The translations under genes were made by a program, and so were the position numbers. DNA of 64,000 nucleotides, taken from Promethearchaeota archaeon (lineage in GTDB: Archaea; Asgardarchaeota; Lokiarchaeia; Sigyniarchaeales; SOKP01). How positions within the stretch are numbered: the first letter of the stretch is position 1; the number at the start of each line of letters is the position of its first letter. Positions 1-9,287 of this stretch are shown piece by piece. The DNA lies in contig JAFGOA010000066.1 in assembly GCA_016926735.1 (NCBI GenBank), forward strand, positions 36,675 through 100,674. Direction: 5' to 3'. The notes under the pieces were generated by a model, which ran no database searches, was not told where the DNA came from, and saw nothing but the letters and a program-made list of their open reading frames with translations.

Positions 1-1
1 T

Positions 2-385
2 GGAGTGCTACTATTCTCTTATAGTTTTGAAAAGGGAGAAGAAGTTGAAGATTCAATGTTAAAAGGATCAATACTTATTGGTATTAATCATATTTTGGCG
101 AATTTTATAAATAAAAAAGATAAATTAGAATTAATAAAAATGAAAGATAGAGACATAACTTTTGAGTTTAATTCCCAATTAGGTTATGGATTATTACTAT
201 TATCTAAATTCAATAATAAAATCATATCAAAAACAGTAAGATCATTTATGAATAGATTTGCAACAGAATTTCAAGATTTATTGAATAAAATAAACAATGA
301 AAAAAAGATTATTGACACTTCTGAATTTATCAATACTAAAGCTATTATGAAAGAATATTTTTGGTCTTTTCTTCAAAAAGAATAG
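2..385 (+). CDS. 5'-truncated gene; C-terminal longin/roadblock-like domain, paralogous to the next gene
   Basis: Frame is open from base 2 (GVLLFSYSF...GSILIGINHILANF) and matches GVLLYSYQF...GNILIGLNHILSEF in 451..1569. The true start lies outside the window. Confidence 0.7.
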   Translation, partial: GVLLFSYSFEKGEEVEDSMLKGSILIGINHILANFINKKDKLELIKMKDRDITFEFNSQLGYGLLLLSKFNNKIISKTVRSFMNRFATEFQDLLNKINNEKKIIDTSEFINTKAIMKEYFWSFLQKE

Positions 386-450
386 AGATTATGTTTTTTT
401 TTATAATCAAAGCTTTATTAAATATGAACACTAATTGATTATTTAATATA

Positions 451-1569
451 ATGAATGAAGTATTTTCGAATTCCTTAAGTATCGGTTTATTATTATCTAT
501 AGGATTTAGTATCATTGTTATTTTTTATTTAATTCTGAAAAAAAAAAAATATGGGACACCCTTTATCTCAATATTATTAATCTCTATAGTATTTATCATT
601 GGTATTCTTTATCAAATTATTATATACTTTTCTTTAAATTCTCATTTATCTGAAATAACAAATAAAATTTTATTTAAATTTGTAATAGTTATTGAAAGTT
701 CTATAGCACTATTAAGTGTGATAGTATATAGTTTTCTTAAACAATATGGAAAACTACCAATATTTTCCTTGTTGTTCCTCATATTCATATTCAGTTTAAT
801 AATTGGAACTTTAATATCAGAGGATTCTATTAATATGTATATTATAATTGATTCTTCTATACATTATTCTTTTAATTTAACAATTAAGATTACAAGTCTC
901 TTATTTAACATTTTTATAATAATATTTATAATTCGAACTATAATAGATATTAAATCGATTATAGAATCACGAAGTTTCATTCTTGTATTTTATATATATA
1001 CATTTATTCTATTTGCTTCTCTGGGTTTTTTTTTATTTTATATTATTATAGAATTAATTGAAATTAGATTTTTATCTGTTGTATTTTGGTGGATTTTTGT
1101 AGTCCTAAATGGAATTATCATTATTTCAAAACCAGAATTATTTTTAAAATTTTCTAATAAAATATTTATCATTCATATATACCATAAAACAGGAGTTTTG
1201 CTATATTCATATCAATTTGAAAAATCATCTGAAAATATTGGAGAATCTCAAATATGGGGAAATATCCTTATAGGACTTAATCATATTCTTTCTGAATTTA
1301 CAAACAAAACTGATCAAATTGATATTCTTCAGACAAAAAATGCAGATATCTATGTTAATTACAGTAATAAATATGGATTTGCTATTCTAGTATTAGTAAA
1401 TCATAAAAATTCTTATATAGAACATTCTGTTAAAATATTAACCAAAGATTTTAAAGAATATTACAAAGAAGAATTATTAGAATTAAGAGATATAAATAAA
1501 ATCATAAATGTTTCAGAATTTAAAGAAGCAAAAAGAATAATAGAAAAAAATTTTAGCCTATATCTTTAA
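451..1569 (+). CDS. Multi-pass (~7 TM) membrane protein with C-terminal longin-like domain
   Basis: About 230 aa hydrophobic N-terminus, then a soluble IHIYHKTGVLLYSY...GFAILVL...FKEYY domain with a longin-like pattern. Confidence 0.65.
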   Translation: MNEVFSNSLSIGLLLSIGFSIIVIFYLILKKKKYGTPFISILLISIVFIIGILYQIIIYFSLNSHLSEITNKILFKFVIVIESSIALLSVIVYSFLKQYGKLPIFSLLFLIFIFSLIIGTLISEDSINMYIIIDSSIHYSFNLTIKITSLLFNIFIIIFIIRTIIDIKSIIESRSFILVFYIYTFILFASLGFFLFYIIIELIEIRFLSVVFWWIFVVLNGIIIISKPELFLKFSNKIFIIHIYHKTGVLLYSYQFEKSSENIGESQIWGNILIGLNHILSEFTNKTDQIDILQTKNADIYVNYSNKYGFAILVLVNHKNSYIEHSVKILTKDFKEYYKEELLELRDINKIINVSEFKEAKRIIEKNFSLYL

Positions 1570-1578
1570 AGAGGATTT

Positions 1579-3177
1579 TTACCAATTTTTCTTATTTTTA
1601 AGGAGTTTATAAATATATGAATCAACCAAGGCTTCCCAAGATGCTACAATAATATTTTCATGGGCACCAATTGTTCCCCAACTTGTTTCTTTATCATGTG
1701 TTTCAGCTAAAACTCTAACTTTTGATTCCGTCCCCTCTTGATTTATTATTCTTACTTTAAAATCAGATAAATCTATTTCTTTTATACTAGGATAAAAATA
1801 TACTAAGGCTTTTTTAAGTGCATTATCTAAAGAATTAACAGGACCATTACCCATAGCAGCTGTGTGAAAATCCTGTCCTTCAACTTTTACTTTTATTGTT
1901 GCTTCAGAAATGAGATTATCTTCGTACATTTCTGTAAAGACTCTAAATCCTTCCAATTTAAAAAATTTTTTTCTGTAATAATTTGGGTCTTGAATGTTCA
2001 TATCCATACTTCTCATTAAAATTTCTAAAGTTCCTTCAGCACCTTCAAAGGAATATCCTTGGTTTTCTTTTTGTTTTATTATATCCAAAATCGCTGTCAA
2101 TTTTGGACTATCTTCTTTAAAATTTAAATTAAATTTATTTGCCATATGCATTATTGAACTTTTTCCAGCTAATTCAGATACTTTTATATTCCGTGAATTA
2201 CCAACAAGCTCGGGATTTATATGTTCATATGTATTTAAATTTTTAAGTATTGCTGAAATATGAATCCCTCCTTTGTGTGAAAAAGCATTTTTTCCAATAA
2301 AGGGTTGATCTACATTACTTGGTAAATTTGCCATTTCATAAATAAAATGAGAGATCTCAGTAAGATTTTTTAGATTTTCCTTTTTGATACTTTCAATACC
2401 TAATTTTAAATTGAATATAGGTATAATTGTAGTCAGATCTGTATTTCCACATCTTTCACCAAATCCATTCATCGTACCTTGTATCATTTTAGCACCATTC
2501 TCCCATGCTTCAAGAGCTATAGCATTAGCCATACCACTATCGTTATGGGCATGAATCCCTAACTGAATATCGCTAAATCTTTGTTTAATCTCAGAAAAAA
2601 TAGATTTAATCTCATAGGGTAATAACCCTCCGTTTGTATCACATAATACAATCCATGAAGCACCAGCTTCTTTTGCAGCAGAAATTGTTTGTAGACAATA
2701 TTCTTTATTACTTTTAAATCCATCAAAAAAATGCTCTGCATCAAATAACACATCAATGTTATTTTTTGTTAAAAATGATATAGTATCTTTAATCATTTTA
2801 AGATTTTCATCTAAAGTTGTCTCCAAAGCATCTGTTACATGTAAGTCCCAAGTTTTACCAACGATCGTGGCTTGTTCTGTTTTTGTTTCTAATAAAGCTT
2901 TGATACTTTTATCATTATCTACTTTTGTATTTTTTCTTCTTGTGTAACTAAAAGGATATATTTTTGTATTTGATAAATCTAATTCTTGTATTTTCTTAAA
3001 TAATTCTATATCTTTTGGATTTGAACCAGGCCATCCTGCTTCAATCATTGGAATTCCAAGATCTTCTATTATTCTTTCAATAATTCGAATTTTATCTTCT
3101 ATTGAAAAAGCTATTCCTGTCTTTTGAGCCCCCTCTCTTAATGTTGCATCATATATTAAAACTTCATTATTTTTCAT
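1579..3177 (-). CDS. cimA: Citramalate synthase (DRE-TIM metallolyase, bacterial-type CimA)
   Basis: YDATLREGAQ, GWPGSNPKD, VGKTWDLHV, FDAEHFFDG, LCDTNGG, HAHND, GERCGN, AFSHKGGIH; C-terminal regulatory domain GNGPVNSLD. Confidence 0.9.
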   Translation of the reverse strand: MKNNEVLIYDATLREGAQKTGIAFSIEDKIRIIERIIEDLGIPMIEAGWPGSNPKDIELFKKIQELDLSNTKIYPFSYTRRKNTKVDNDKSIKALLETKTEQATIVGKTWDLHVTDALETTLDENLKMIKDTISFLTKNNIDVLFDAEHFFDGFKSNKEYCLQTISAAKEAGASWIVLCDTNGGLLPYEIKSIFSEIKQRFSDIQLGIHAHNDSGMANAIALEAWENGAKMIQGTMNGFGERCGNTDLTTIIPIFNLKLGIESIKKENLKNLTEISHFIYEMANLPSNVDQPFIGKNAFSHKGGIHISAILKNLNTYEHINPELVGNSRNIKVSELAGKSSIMHMANKFNLNFKEDSPKLTAILDIIKQKENQGYSFEGAEGTLEILMRSMDMNIQDPNYYRKKFFKLEGFRVFTEMYEDNLISEATIKVKVEGQDFHTAAMGNGPVNSLDNALKKALVYFYPSIKEIDLSDFKVRIINQEGTESKVRVLAETHDKETSWGTIGAHENIIVASWEALVDSYIYKLLKNKKNW

Positions 3178-3225
3178 GATTTATCATCAACTTCTTATGA
3201 GTTATTTCTATTTTTTATTAATCTC

Positions 3226-3288
3226 GAAATTTTAAACATAGAATAATTATTATGGGAAATTTTATTTTAAGAATAAGTTTAAAATTTC
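3226..3288 (-). promoter_or_regulatory. 12-bp perfect inverted repeat in the cimA leader
   Basis: GAAATTTTAAAC (3226-3237) / GTTTAAAATTTC (3277-3288), 39-nt spacer. Confidence 0.45.
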
Positions 3289-3298
3289 TTTTATGAAT

Positions 3299-3379
3299 TT
3301 AAATAATTCCAATATTAATAATTCTAACTTCCAATGGAATTATTATTATCTTCATAATTAATAAGAAATTAGAAAACAT
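3299..3379 (-). CDS. Putative Ile-rich leader peptide MFSNFLLIMKIIIIPLEVRIINIGII (alternative start 3355)
   Basis: Manual translation: ATG 3379, in-frame ATG 3355, TAA 3301-3299. 10 Ile in 26 codons; stop lies 121 nt upstream of the cimA ATG on the same strand. Confidence 0.55.
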   Translation of the reverse strand: MFSNFLLIMKIIIIPLEVRIINIGII

Positions 3380-3700
3380 AATTTTTATTTTTTATTACAG
3401 TTAAACTAAAATTTAAACAAAGAAGACTAAATAGATTTTAAATTTTCTTACGAGTATAATTAAGAATTTCTAAAAAGAAAAAGAACAGATGAAATAATAT
3501 ATAATATATAATAGCAAGAATTAACTGAATAATCCAAATAATATTTTTTATTTTATTTAAGTCATTTCATTAAAAAAATCATAATAGAGAAAAGTAATAC
3601 TCAATATAAAGATTAAATTTTCTAATATTATTATTGGTTAATGAAAAATTAATAGACAGTAATATTTTTTAAGTCGTGTTAACTTGAAAAATATGAATAA

Positions 3701-3952
3701 TTGTATATTATTAAAAATAATCACGGGGTTATTATTATATCAAGACAAGCAGAAAGCCAAGATATTGAATGGGCGAGGGATTGGAATACAATTGTTAATG
3801 TTTTTAATATAATAGAAGAATTAAAGGTAGAATTAACTAAACTAGATGTCAATTATTTAAGAGAATTGCAGCAAAAAATATTGATTCTTAATTTAGAAAA
3901 ATATGCATGGTCACTTCAAAATTATATTATAGATAAATACACAAAAGAATAA
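3701..3952 (+). CDS. Small helical hypothetical protein (start uncertain)
   Basis: Protein-like ORF (QDIEWARDWNTIVNVF...LEKYAWSLQNYI). The TTG start is doubtful; ATT/ATA codons at 3731-3739 follow GGGGTT. Confidence 0.7.
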   Translation: MYIIKNNHGVIIISRQAESQDIEWARDWNTIVNVFNIIEELKVELTKLDVNYLRELQQKILILNLEKYAWSLQNYIIDKYTKE

Positions 3953-4066
3953 TATATCGATAGATTTTCACTATTATAAATAAAACTTTAGTATAGTTAT
4001 ATTATATTATAAAAATAAGACTTCTAATAACATTAAGATAAAAATATATTATTTGCCTAAAATGAA

Positions 4067-4825
4067 TCAATTTTCCTTTCCTATTTCTTGCTCTTCCTCG
4101 ATTATTTTTGATTCTTCAATAATTTTACTCGTACCATTGTTTTTTTCCAATAATTCCGTAAGAATTACATTATTAAAAGACATAAGTATACGTGGAGTAT
4201 ATCCTTCTGCTAAATAATTTCCATCATTTATTTCTTCTTTTAAGGGAAATAACTGTTTTTCCATAATACTTGAACCCATATATTCCTTTTTGTATTCTCT
4301 GTATCCATAAATTTTATTCTTTACAATTACCATTTTTCTACTATATCCCTCAGGTAATCCAATTTTTTCTAAAATTAATAAGATTTTTTCTCTTGATAAT
4401 GATTCCAGTAATTGCAAATCTTTTTCAGTTCCTTCATAAGAGGGGCCCTCTTGAATATGCTCATAGTCTATTTCCTTTTCAAGACCCGTCATAATTTTAA
4501 ATGCCATTGTCTCATCACCCTCATCAACAGCAGTTATTTTATAGGATATAGCATATTGATCCCTTATTTTTGGAGCTATTTTTGCCGCTACAAATTTCAT
4601 TCTTGTTGTAACGTTATTTCCATGCCAAATCCAAACCCGATATCTTTTAGGATCGATAAATAAAGTTATAAAATCAGAATCTAATAAATCATATAAGAGA
4701 ACATCTTTTTGTATTTCTAATTCTTGGAAATCTTGCATTTCATCATTAAATTGAAATACTACTATCTTTTCGGCTTCCTTATTCGATATCGGAGCTTTTT
4801 TAGCTGATTGTTTTTGTTTAGACAT
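4067..4825 (-). CDS. Gelsolin-domain protein (single gelsolin domain plus extra C-terminal domain, 1DGelX-like)
   Basis: LLDSDFITLFID...VWIWHGNNVTTRMKFVAAKIA...VDEGDETMAF matches the gelsolin repeat signature. Confidence 0.75.
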   Translation of the reverse strand: MSKQKQSAKKAPISNKEAEKIVVFQFNDEMQDFQELEIQKDVLLYDLLDSDFITLFIDPKRYRVWIWHGNNVTTRMKFVAAKIAPKIRDQYAISYKITAVDEGDETMAFKIMTGLEKEIDYEHIQEGPSYEGTEKDLQLLESLSREKILLILEKIGLPEGYSRKMVIVKNKIYGYREYKKEYMGSSIMEKQLFPLKEEINDGNYLAEGYTPRILMSFNNVILTELLEKNNGTSKIIEESKIIEEEQEIGKEN

Positions 4826-4923
4826 TGGTTAATTAATATATATATTTTTGAGATTTTTAAAAATTACTCATTTACATTTAGGTAAATTTATATCAATATA
4901 AATATGATAGAAAAACGAATAAG

Positions 4924-5028
4924 TGCGGAAAGGGAGATTTGAACTCCCGAAACTCCTATGAGACTGGATCTCTCAGAGAATCATCTCTTCTGAGTCCAGC
5001 GCCTTTGACCAGACTTGGCAATTCCCGC
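4924..5028 (-). tRNA. tRNA-Leu(CAG) with 19-nt canonical 37/38 intron (4970-4988)
   Basis: Acceptor stem GCGGGAA/TTTCCGC plus discriminator A, long variable arm, GTTCAAATC T-loop. BHB motif: CTCA/TGAG helix with bulges GA|A and AG|A. CCA not encoded. Confidence 0.93.
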
Positions 5029-5041
5029 ATTAATCTTTTGG

Positions 5042-5719
5042 TTAGTCATTAAAATAAGAATTAGGATTAAAAACTCTTTCAATATCTTTTTCATCGAATT
5101 CACCGCTCCAATTTTCTTTTAGAACAGCAAATTCATTGGTATTATTCGGATTTATAATAGTATGAAAAGTTCCTAAATCATGTTCAAAAATACGTCCAGA
5201 TTCTACGAAATAATGAACTTTACTACCAGTTAGTATAATAGGTTTACCTCCTAATATTTCCCATTTTTCATTTCTTTTTTTATGAGTTTGGATAGAAATA
5301 CCTAAATTTGGTTTTATAAATAATAAATTATAATCAAGATATGTAAATTTTATACTATACCATTTCGATAAAAAATCTGTATATCCAGAAGGAACTTTAT
5401 GAGTATTTATAAATTCTTGAGGGTCAATATTCTTTTTTTCATTATTTTCATATATATAAGGATCATAGATAATCTCATGATTTGATATATCTAAATTGTA
5501 TTCTATTTCTAAAGGAGACTTAGATTTATTTATAATCATATAATAATTATTGGGGGCAATTTTTAACTTATTTAAAGAAATATTTTCAATAAGAAATTCT
5601 GTATGATTGATAATGAAAATCTTATTTAACAATTCTTCTGGTATTCTTATTATAAGTATTTTTGGACCATTTTTTCTTAGTAAAGTACCCTTCTCAGGTT
5701 CTATTATTTCTTTCTTCAC
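5042..5719 (-). CDS. Cupin-domain protein (mannose-6-phosphate isomerase type II-like C-terminus)
   Basis: ISIQTHKKRNEKWEILGG, FHTIIN, FDEKDIER motifs. Confidence 0.7.
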   Translation of the reverse strand: MKKEIIEPEKGTLLRKNGPKILIIRIPEELLNKIFIINHTEFLIENISLNKLKIAPNNYYMIINKSKSPLEIEYNLDISNHEIIYDPYIYENNEKKNIDPQEFINTHKVPSGYTDFLSKWYSIKFTYLDYNLLFIKPNLGISIQTHKKRNEKWEILGGKPIILTGSKVHYFVESGRIFEHDLGTFHTIINPNNTNEFAVLKENWSGEFDEKDIERVFNPNSYFND

Positions 5720-5866
5720 TTATTAAAACTCTTTTTTGTTATTGATATATGAAATGAATATTTTATTTTTTAAAAAAACTACATTTGATCATTTTGCATT
5801 CAATAAATTTTTTATTAGAAAAGAAGAGATTTAATACTATTTTTTGAAAAGGTCAAGGTTGTAAAT

Positions 5867-6790
5867 CTATTTTATCACATAGGTTAATTTTTTATTTTCT
5901 TCTATATCGAGACATAATTCATTACGTATAACATTTCGAATAATATATCCGGCAATGTGTAGTATTGAATCTTTTAAGATATTATCTGCATCCATACTTG
6001 CACTACATGGATATGAGTGATGAGCTCTACTGATTTTTTCATTAATAGAACTATCATGATTCTTAAATTTTTTAAAATAATCACCTCTTAACTGCTGCAA
6101 AATAAAATATGTAGACCCGCAGGGAGCACTTATATGTACACATACATCTTCTATGTAATTTTCCTTTTGATTAATTTTTAAGGATACTTTTGGTGTCCCT
6201 ATTTTAAAAATATCAATAAACTGATCAATATATTGGTGATTTTTAGTAATATTAAAATCTATTTTATTATATTCATCTTCTTCTTTATTGAGAGCACAGA
6301 ATGGTTTGGGAAAGGCTGCTTGAATTCCTTCTTTTTCAAAAGCTTTTAATACTTGAATCTGTAATCCAGGAGGGACCCATGAGGGATCTTCCAACGGTAT
6401 TATAATAGCTTTTACTTTTTTTTTATTCAACAATTCAGGTAATCCTGAGAGTAAATCTTTATGGATATTTATAACTAATAAAAAGTCAAGTTCTGGAAGG
6501 TTATGGGGAAGAAATTCATTTGGATCGTCAATAAATAGAGGAATATTCTCTCCAATTTTCTGATAATAATACAATTTATCTGATGAACTTAATAACCCCC
6601 TTCTACATTTATCACATTTAATTTTAAGTTCTAAATCTTCACAAGCGGTACAAAATTGATCATTATTAATGAGATGACCAATAAATCTCTCTGCAAATGT
6701 TTTTGCTTCTGGTGTAGAACCATATATAATTCCCAACCTTAATTTATTGTTCTCAAGATTCATTATAATGTTTATTATAAAGAGGTTCAA
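5867..6790 (-). CDS. DUF166-family protein
   Basis: PKPFCAL, SAPCGSTY, HHSYPCSASM..D..LHIAG. Start is probably ATG 6763. Confidence 0.7.
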   Translation of the reverse strand: MNLFIINIIMNLENNKLRLGIIYGSTPEAKTFAERFIGHLINNDQFCTACEDLELKIKCDKCRRGLLSSSDKLYYYQKIGENIPLFIDDPNEFLPHNLPELDFLLVINIHKDLLSGLPELLNKKKVKAIIIPLEDPSWVPPGLQIQVLKAFEKEGIQAAFPKPFCALNKEEDEYNKIDFNITKNHQYIDQFIDIFKIGTPKVSLKINQKENYIEDVCVHISAPCGSTYFILQQLRGDYFKKFKNHDSSINEKISRAHHSYPCSASMDADNILKDSILHIAGYIIRNVIRNELCLDIEENKKLTYVIK

Positions 6791-6911
6791 AATTTTAATT
6801 ATTATTATAATATTTCATAATCATATTATTTCTTTAGATGAACATGTTCTTTTCTTATAAAAAAAAAACTTTTAAATATTATAACAGAGGTATATCTAAT
6901 TATTTTCAAAA

Positions 6912-7433
6912 ATGATCGATATGAATGAAAAGAAAACATTAACAATTAGAAAAATATTGAGAATTATTTTTGCTGTATTAATGTTCCTTATTCTCGTTTT
7001 GCCAATGTACAATATAACAAACTATATGAGTATCATTAATCCTTCTTCAAGTGGAATAGCAGAGTTAAAACCTATAAATAGTCTTATTAATTTAGAAAAA
7101 TATGGGGGTTCTCCTTGGATACATGTAAATCATATATATGTTATAATTCTCGGAATAATAATGTATCTTGGTATGATATTAGCAATTTTAAGTATAAAAG
7201 ATAATTTTAATAAAAAAATGAAAGGATTTACATGGATAATAAGTTCGATTCTAATACTAATCCCTAGTTTACTTTATATGTTTACCCCTTTTGATGCCGA
7301 CTTAACTGGTACTATGGAGATAGTCACAAATTATAACGGAACAATTATGATAAATGCGGGAGCTATATTAGCTTGGATTATGATAATTTTGATAATTACT
7401 GAACAATTTATCCTTGTAAAAAAGAGAACGTAA
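6912..7433 (+). CDS. Hypothetical 4-TM membrane protein
   Basis: Four hydrophobic segments, basic C-terminus. Confidence 0.7.
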   Translation: MIDMNEKKTLTIRKILRIIFAVLMFLILVLPMYNITNYMSIINPSSSGIAELKPINSLINLEKYGGSPWIHVNHIYVIILGIIMYLGMILAILSIKDNFNKKMKGFTWIISSILILIPSLLYMFTPFDADLTGTMEIVTNYNGTIMINAGAILAWIMIILIITEQFILVKKRT

Positions 7434-7558
7434 TTAAATAATAAAGTTAAAATTATTAAAAAATATTAATTCAATAATCTCTAATTTATATCTCTTTTTT
7501 TTATAAAAAAAATCTTTACAAGTTTGATTTCTTTTTTAGAATATAATGAAATTTTATT

Positions 7559-8419
7559 TTGAATAATCACTATTGTTCTATTAAGATGAACACACAAAAT
7601 CATATATTCTCTGAGATTTTAGAGAATTTAGCATTTATATTTAATAACTCGGATATAAAATATTCTTTAATTCCTATAAAGAGTAATAAGAATTTAATAT
7701 ATGAAATAAAACTTAGTAGTAAGGTTAATAATACTTCTGATGAATATATTATAAAGAAATTACAAAAAGAATCTGCGACGATCGAATATAATGTGATCAA
7801 ACGAGTTAAAAAACAAAATATAAAAGTTCCTTCTATTTTACATTATAAAAATCCTATTATTATCCAAGAAAAAATAAAAGGACCTAATTTATGCGATTAT
7901 ATCAATACTCCTCTCATTGGAAAGAATGATTTTACAAAAGTGAGAAAGAAGGATAAGGATCGTCTTTATGAAATCATAAAACAATTAGCGAAGTGGTTAG
8001 CTACGTTTCATAATAAAAATATTGTTTCTAGTGAAAATGATGAAAAAATAATTGTTTTGAATAAAGGAGATACTCGACTAAAGAATTTTATTTTAAATGA
8101 AGCGGACAATATGATATATGGTATTGATTTTGAAGAATCATATGAAGGGAATTATATTGATGATATTGCATGGATTTGTTGTTCATTAATTGATACAAAT
8201 CCAGGTGTTTTTGAAATGGAATGTCCACTCCACAAAATAGAATTGTTAAATCTATTCCTTAGAGAATATTTCATTATAAATCATAACTTTAAATTTTCAT
8301 TTGAAAATTTTACACAGACTTTAATTGAAAATTTAAATAAGGTAATTATTCGAAGGGGATTAGGTTTTGGATTTCTCAACAAAAATACTTTCCTTAATAA
8401 AATAATAAAAGAGATATAA
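7559..8419 (+). CDS. Protein-kinase-like (APH/RIO/Bud32-like) phosphotransferase
   Basis: YIIK, EY..IKR, VPSIL, KGDTRLKNFI catalytic loop, IDFEE. Confidence 0.7.
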   Translation: MNNHYCSIKMNTQNHIFSEILENLAFIFNNSDIKYSLIPIKSNKNLIYEIKLSSKVNNTSDEYIIKKLQKESATIEYNVIKRVKKQNIKVPSILHYKNPIIIQEKIKGPNLCDYINTPLIGKNDFTKVRKKDKDRLYEIIKQLAKWLATFHNKNIVSSENDEKIIVLNKGDTRLKNFILNEADNMIYGIDFEESYEGNYIDDIAWICCSLIDTNPGVFEMECPLHKIELLNLFLREYFIINHNFKFSFENFTQTLIENLNKVIIRRGLGFGFLNKNTFLNKIIKEI

Positions 8420-8534
8420 TTAATATTTATATTATCGATTTTATAAGACTTATATTTTAAAGAATAGTTAAAAAGAATTACTTATATTAGATATTCATAA
8501 AAAAATCTATAAAAAAATAGTAAGGATAAGAAAA

Positions 8535-9287
8535 ATGAGTGGAATTACAGATTCTAAAAGTGCTATAAAGAAGATATTAATGCTTATTGAGGGAATTAAA
8601 GGTTTAAATTCAGATTCTATTCCAAAATTAATAGAACAGCCTAATAATTTGCTTGGTTCGGTTGAAGCCTTTGAAACTGAAAAGAATAATAATTTAAAAA
8701 CAATTGAAACAAATACAGATGAAATAAATAAATTAAAAACGAAAATATCTCAAAATGATCGAGATACATTGAAATTGGATGAGGAAATTAAGGATCTAAA
8801 CAATAAGAAACAAGAACATTTAAATAAAATTCAAGAAATTCAAAATAAACTTGTAGAAGTACAAGAAACAATTAAAACCAAAAAACAGGAACTTGAATCA
8901 AGAACAAGTAGATTAAAAGAACTAGATAATAAAATTTCAAATCTTAAGGTAGAACAAGAAAAATTTGAGGAAAAAATTAATGCACTTCAAAAAGAATTAG
9001 AAGGAAATTATAATAAAAGAAAATTATATGTAGAAACTTATATGAATCGCGTTGCAGCTATGAATCTTTTAATAAAAAAAGAATATATTCAATCGGCTCA
9101 AATTAAATTAATAAAAGCACTTCAATTAGATGCATCTTTGGATTTGAAAAGTATTTTAATTGCAATTGATATGAAAGAAGATAAAGCAAAACAAATCCTC
9201 AAAAAAATGGTTGAAGAAAATGGACCAATAAAATATGATGAGAGTGCTGGTACAGTTACCTTAACACAGGAGGTGGACTTTAAATGA
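8535..9287 (+). CDS. Long coiled-coil protein with C-terminal winged-helix-like domain
   Basis: About 130 aa heptad-rich K/E/Q region, then LDLKSILIAIDMKEDKAKQILKKMVEENGPIKYDESAGTVTL. Confidence 0.7.
   Translation: MSGITDSKSAIKKILMLIEGIKGLNSDSIPKLIEQPNNLLGSVEAFETEKNNNLKTIETNTDEINKLKTKISQNDRDTLKLDEEIKDLNNKKQEHLNKIQEIQNKLVEVQETIKTKKQELESRTSRLKELDNKISNLKVEQEKFEEKINALQKELEGNYNKRKLYVETYMNRVAAMNLLIKKEYIQSAQIKLIKALQLDASLDLKSILIAIDMKEDKAKQILKKMVEENGPIKYDESAGTVTLTQEVDFK

Noticed and set aside
1994-2947. Short antisense or alternate-frame ORFs inside cimA, and similar ones throughout the track (e.g. 4270, 10315, 15974, 40866, 44169, 55436, 60977)
   Set aside because: They are fully overlapped by well-supported genes and carry no motifs; shadow ORFs.
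3438-3563. Minus-strand hydrophobic open frame (DLNKIKNIIWIIQLILAIIYY...)
   Set aside because: No canonical start codon, and hydrophobic frames arise readily in AT-rich DNA.
4924-5040. tRNA as an integration site for a mobile island
   Set aside because: No integrase and no duplicated tRNA 3' end seen in the window.
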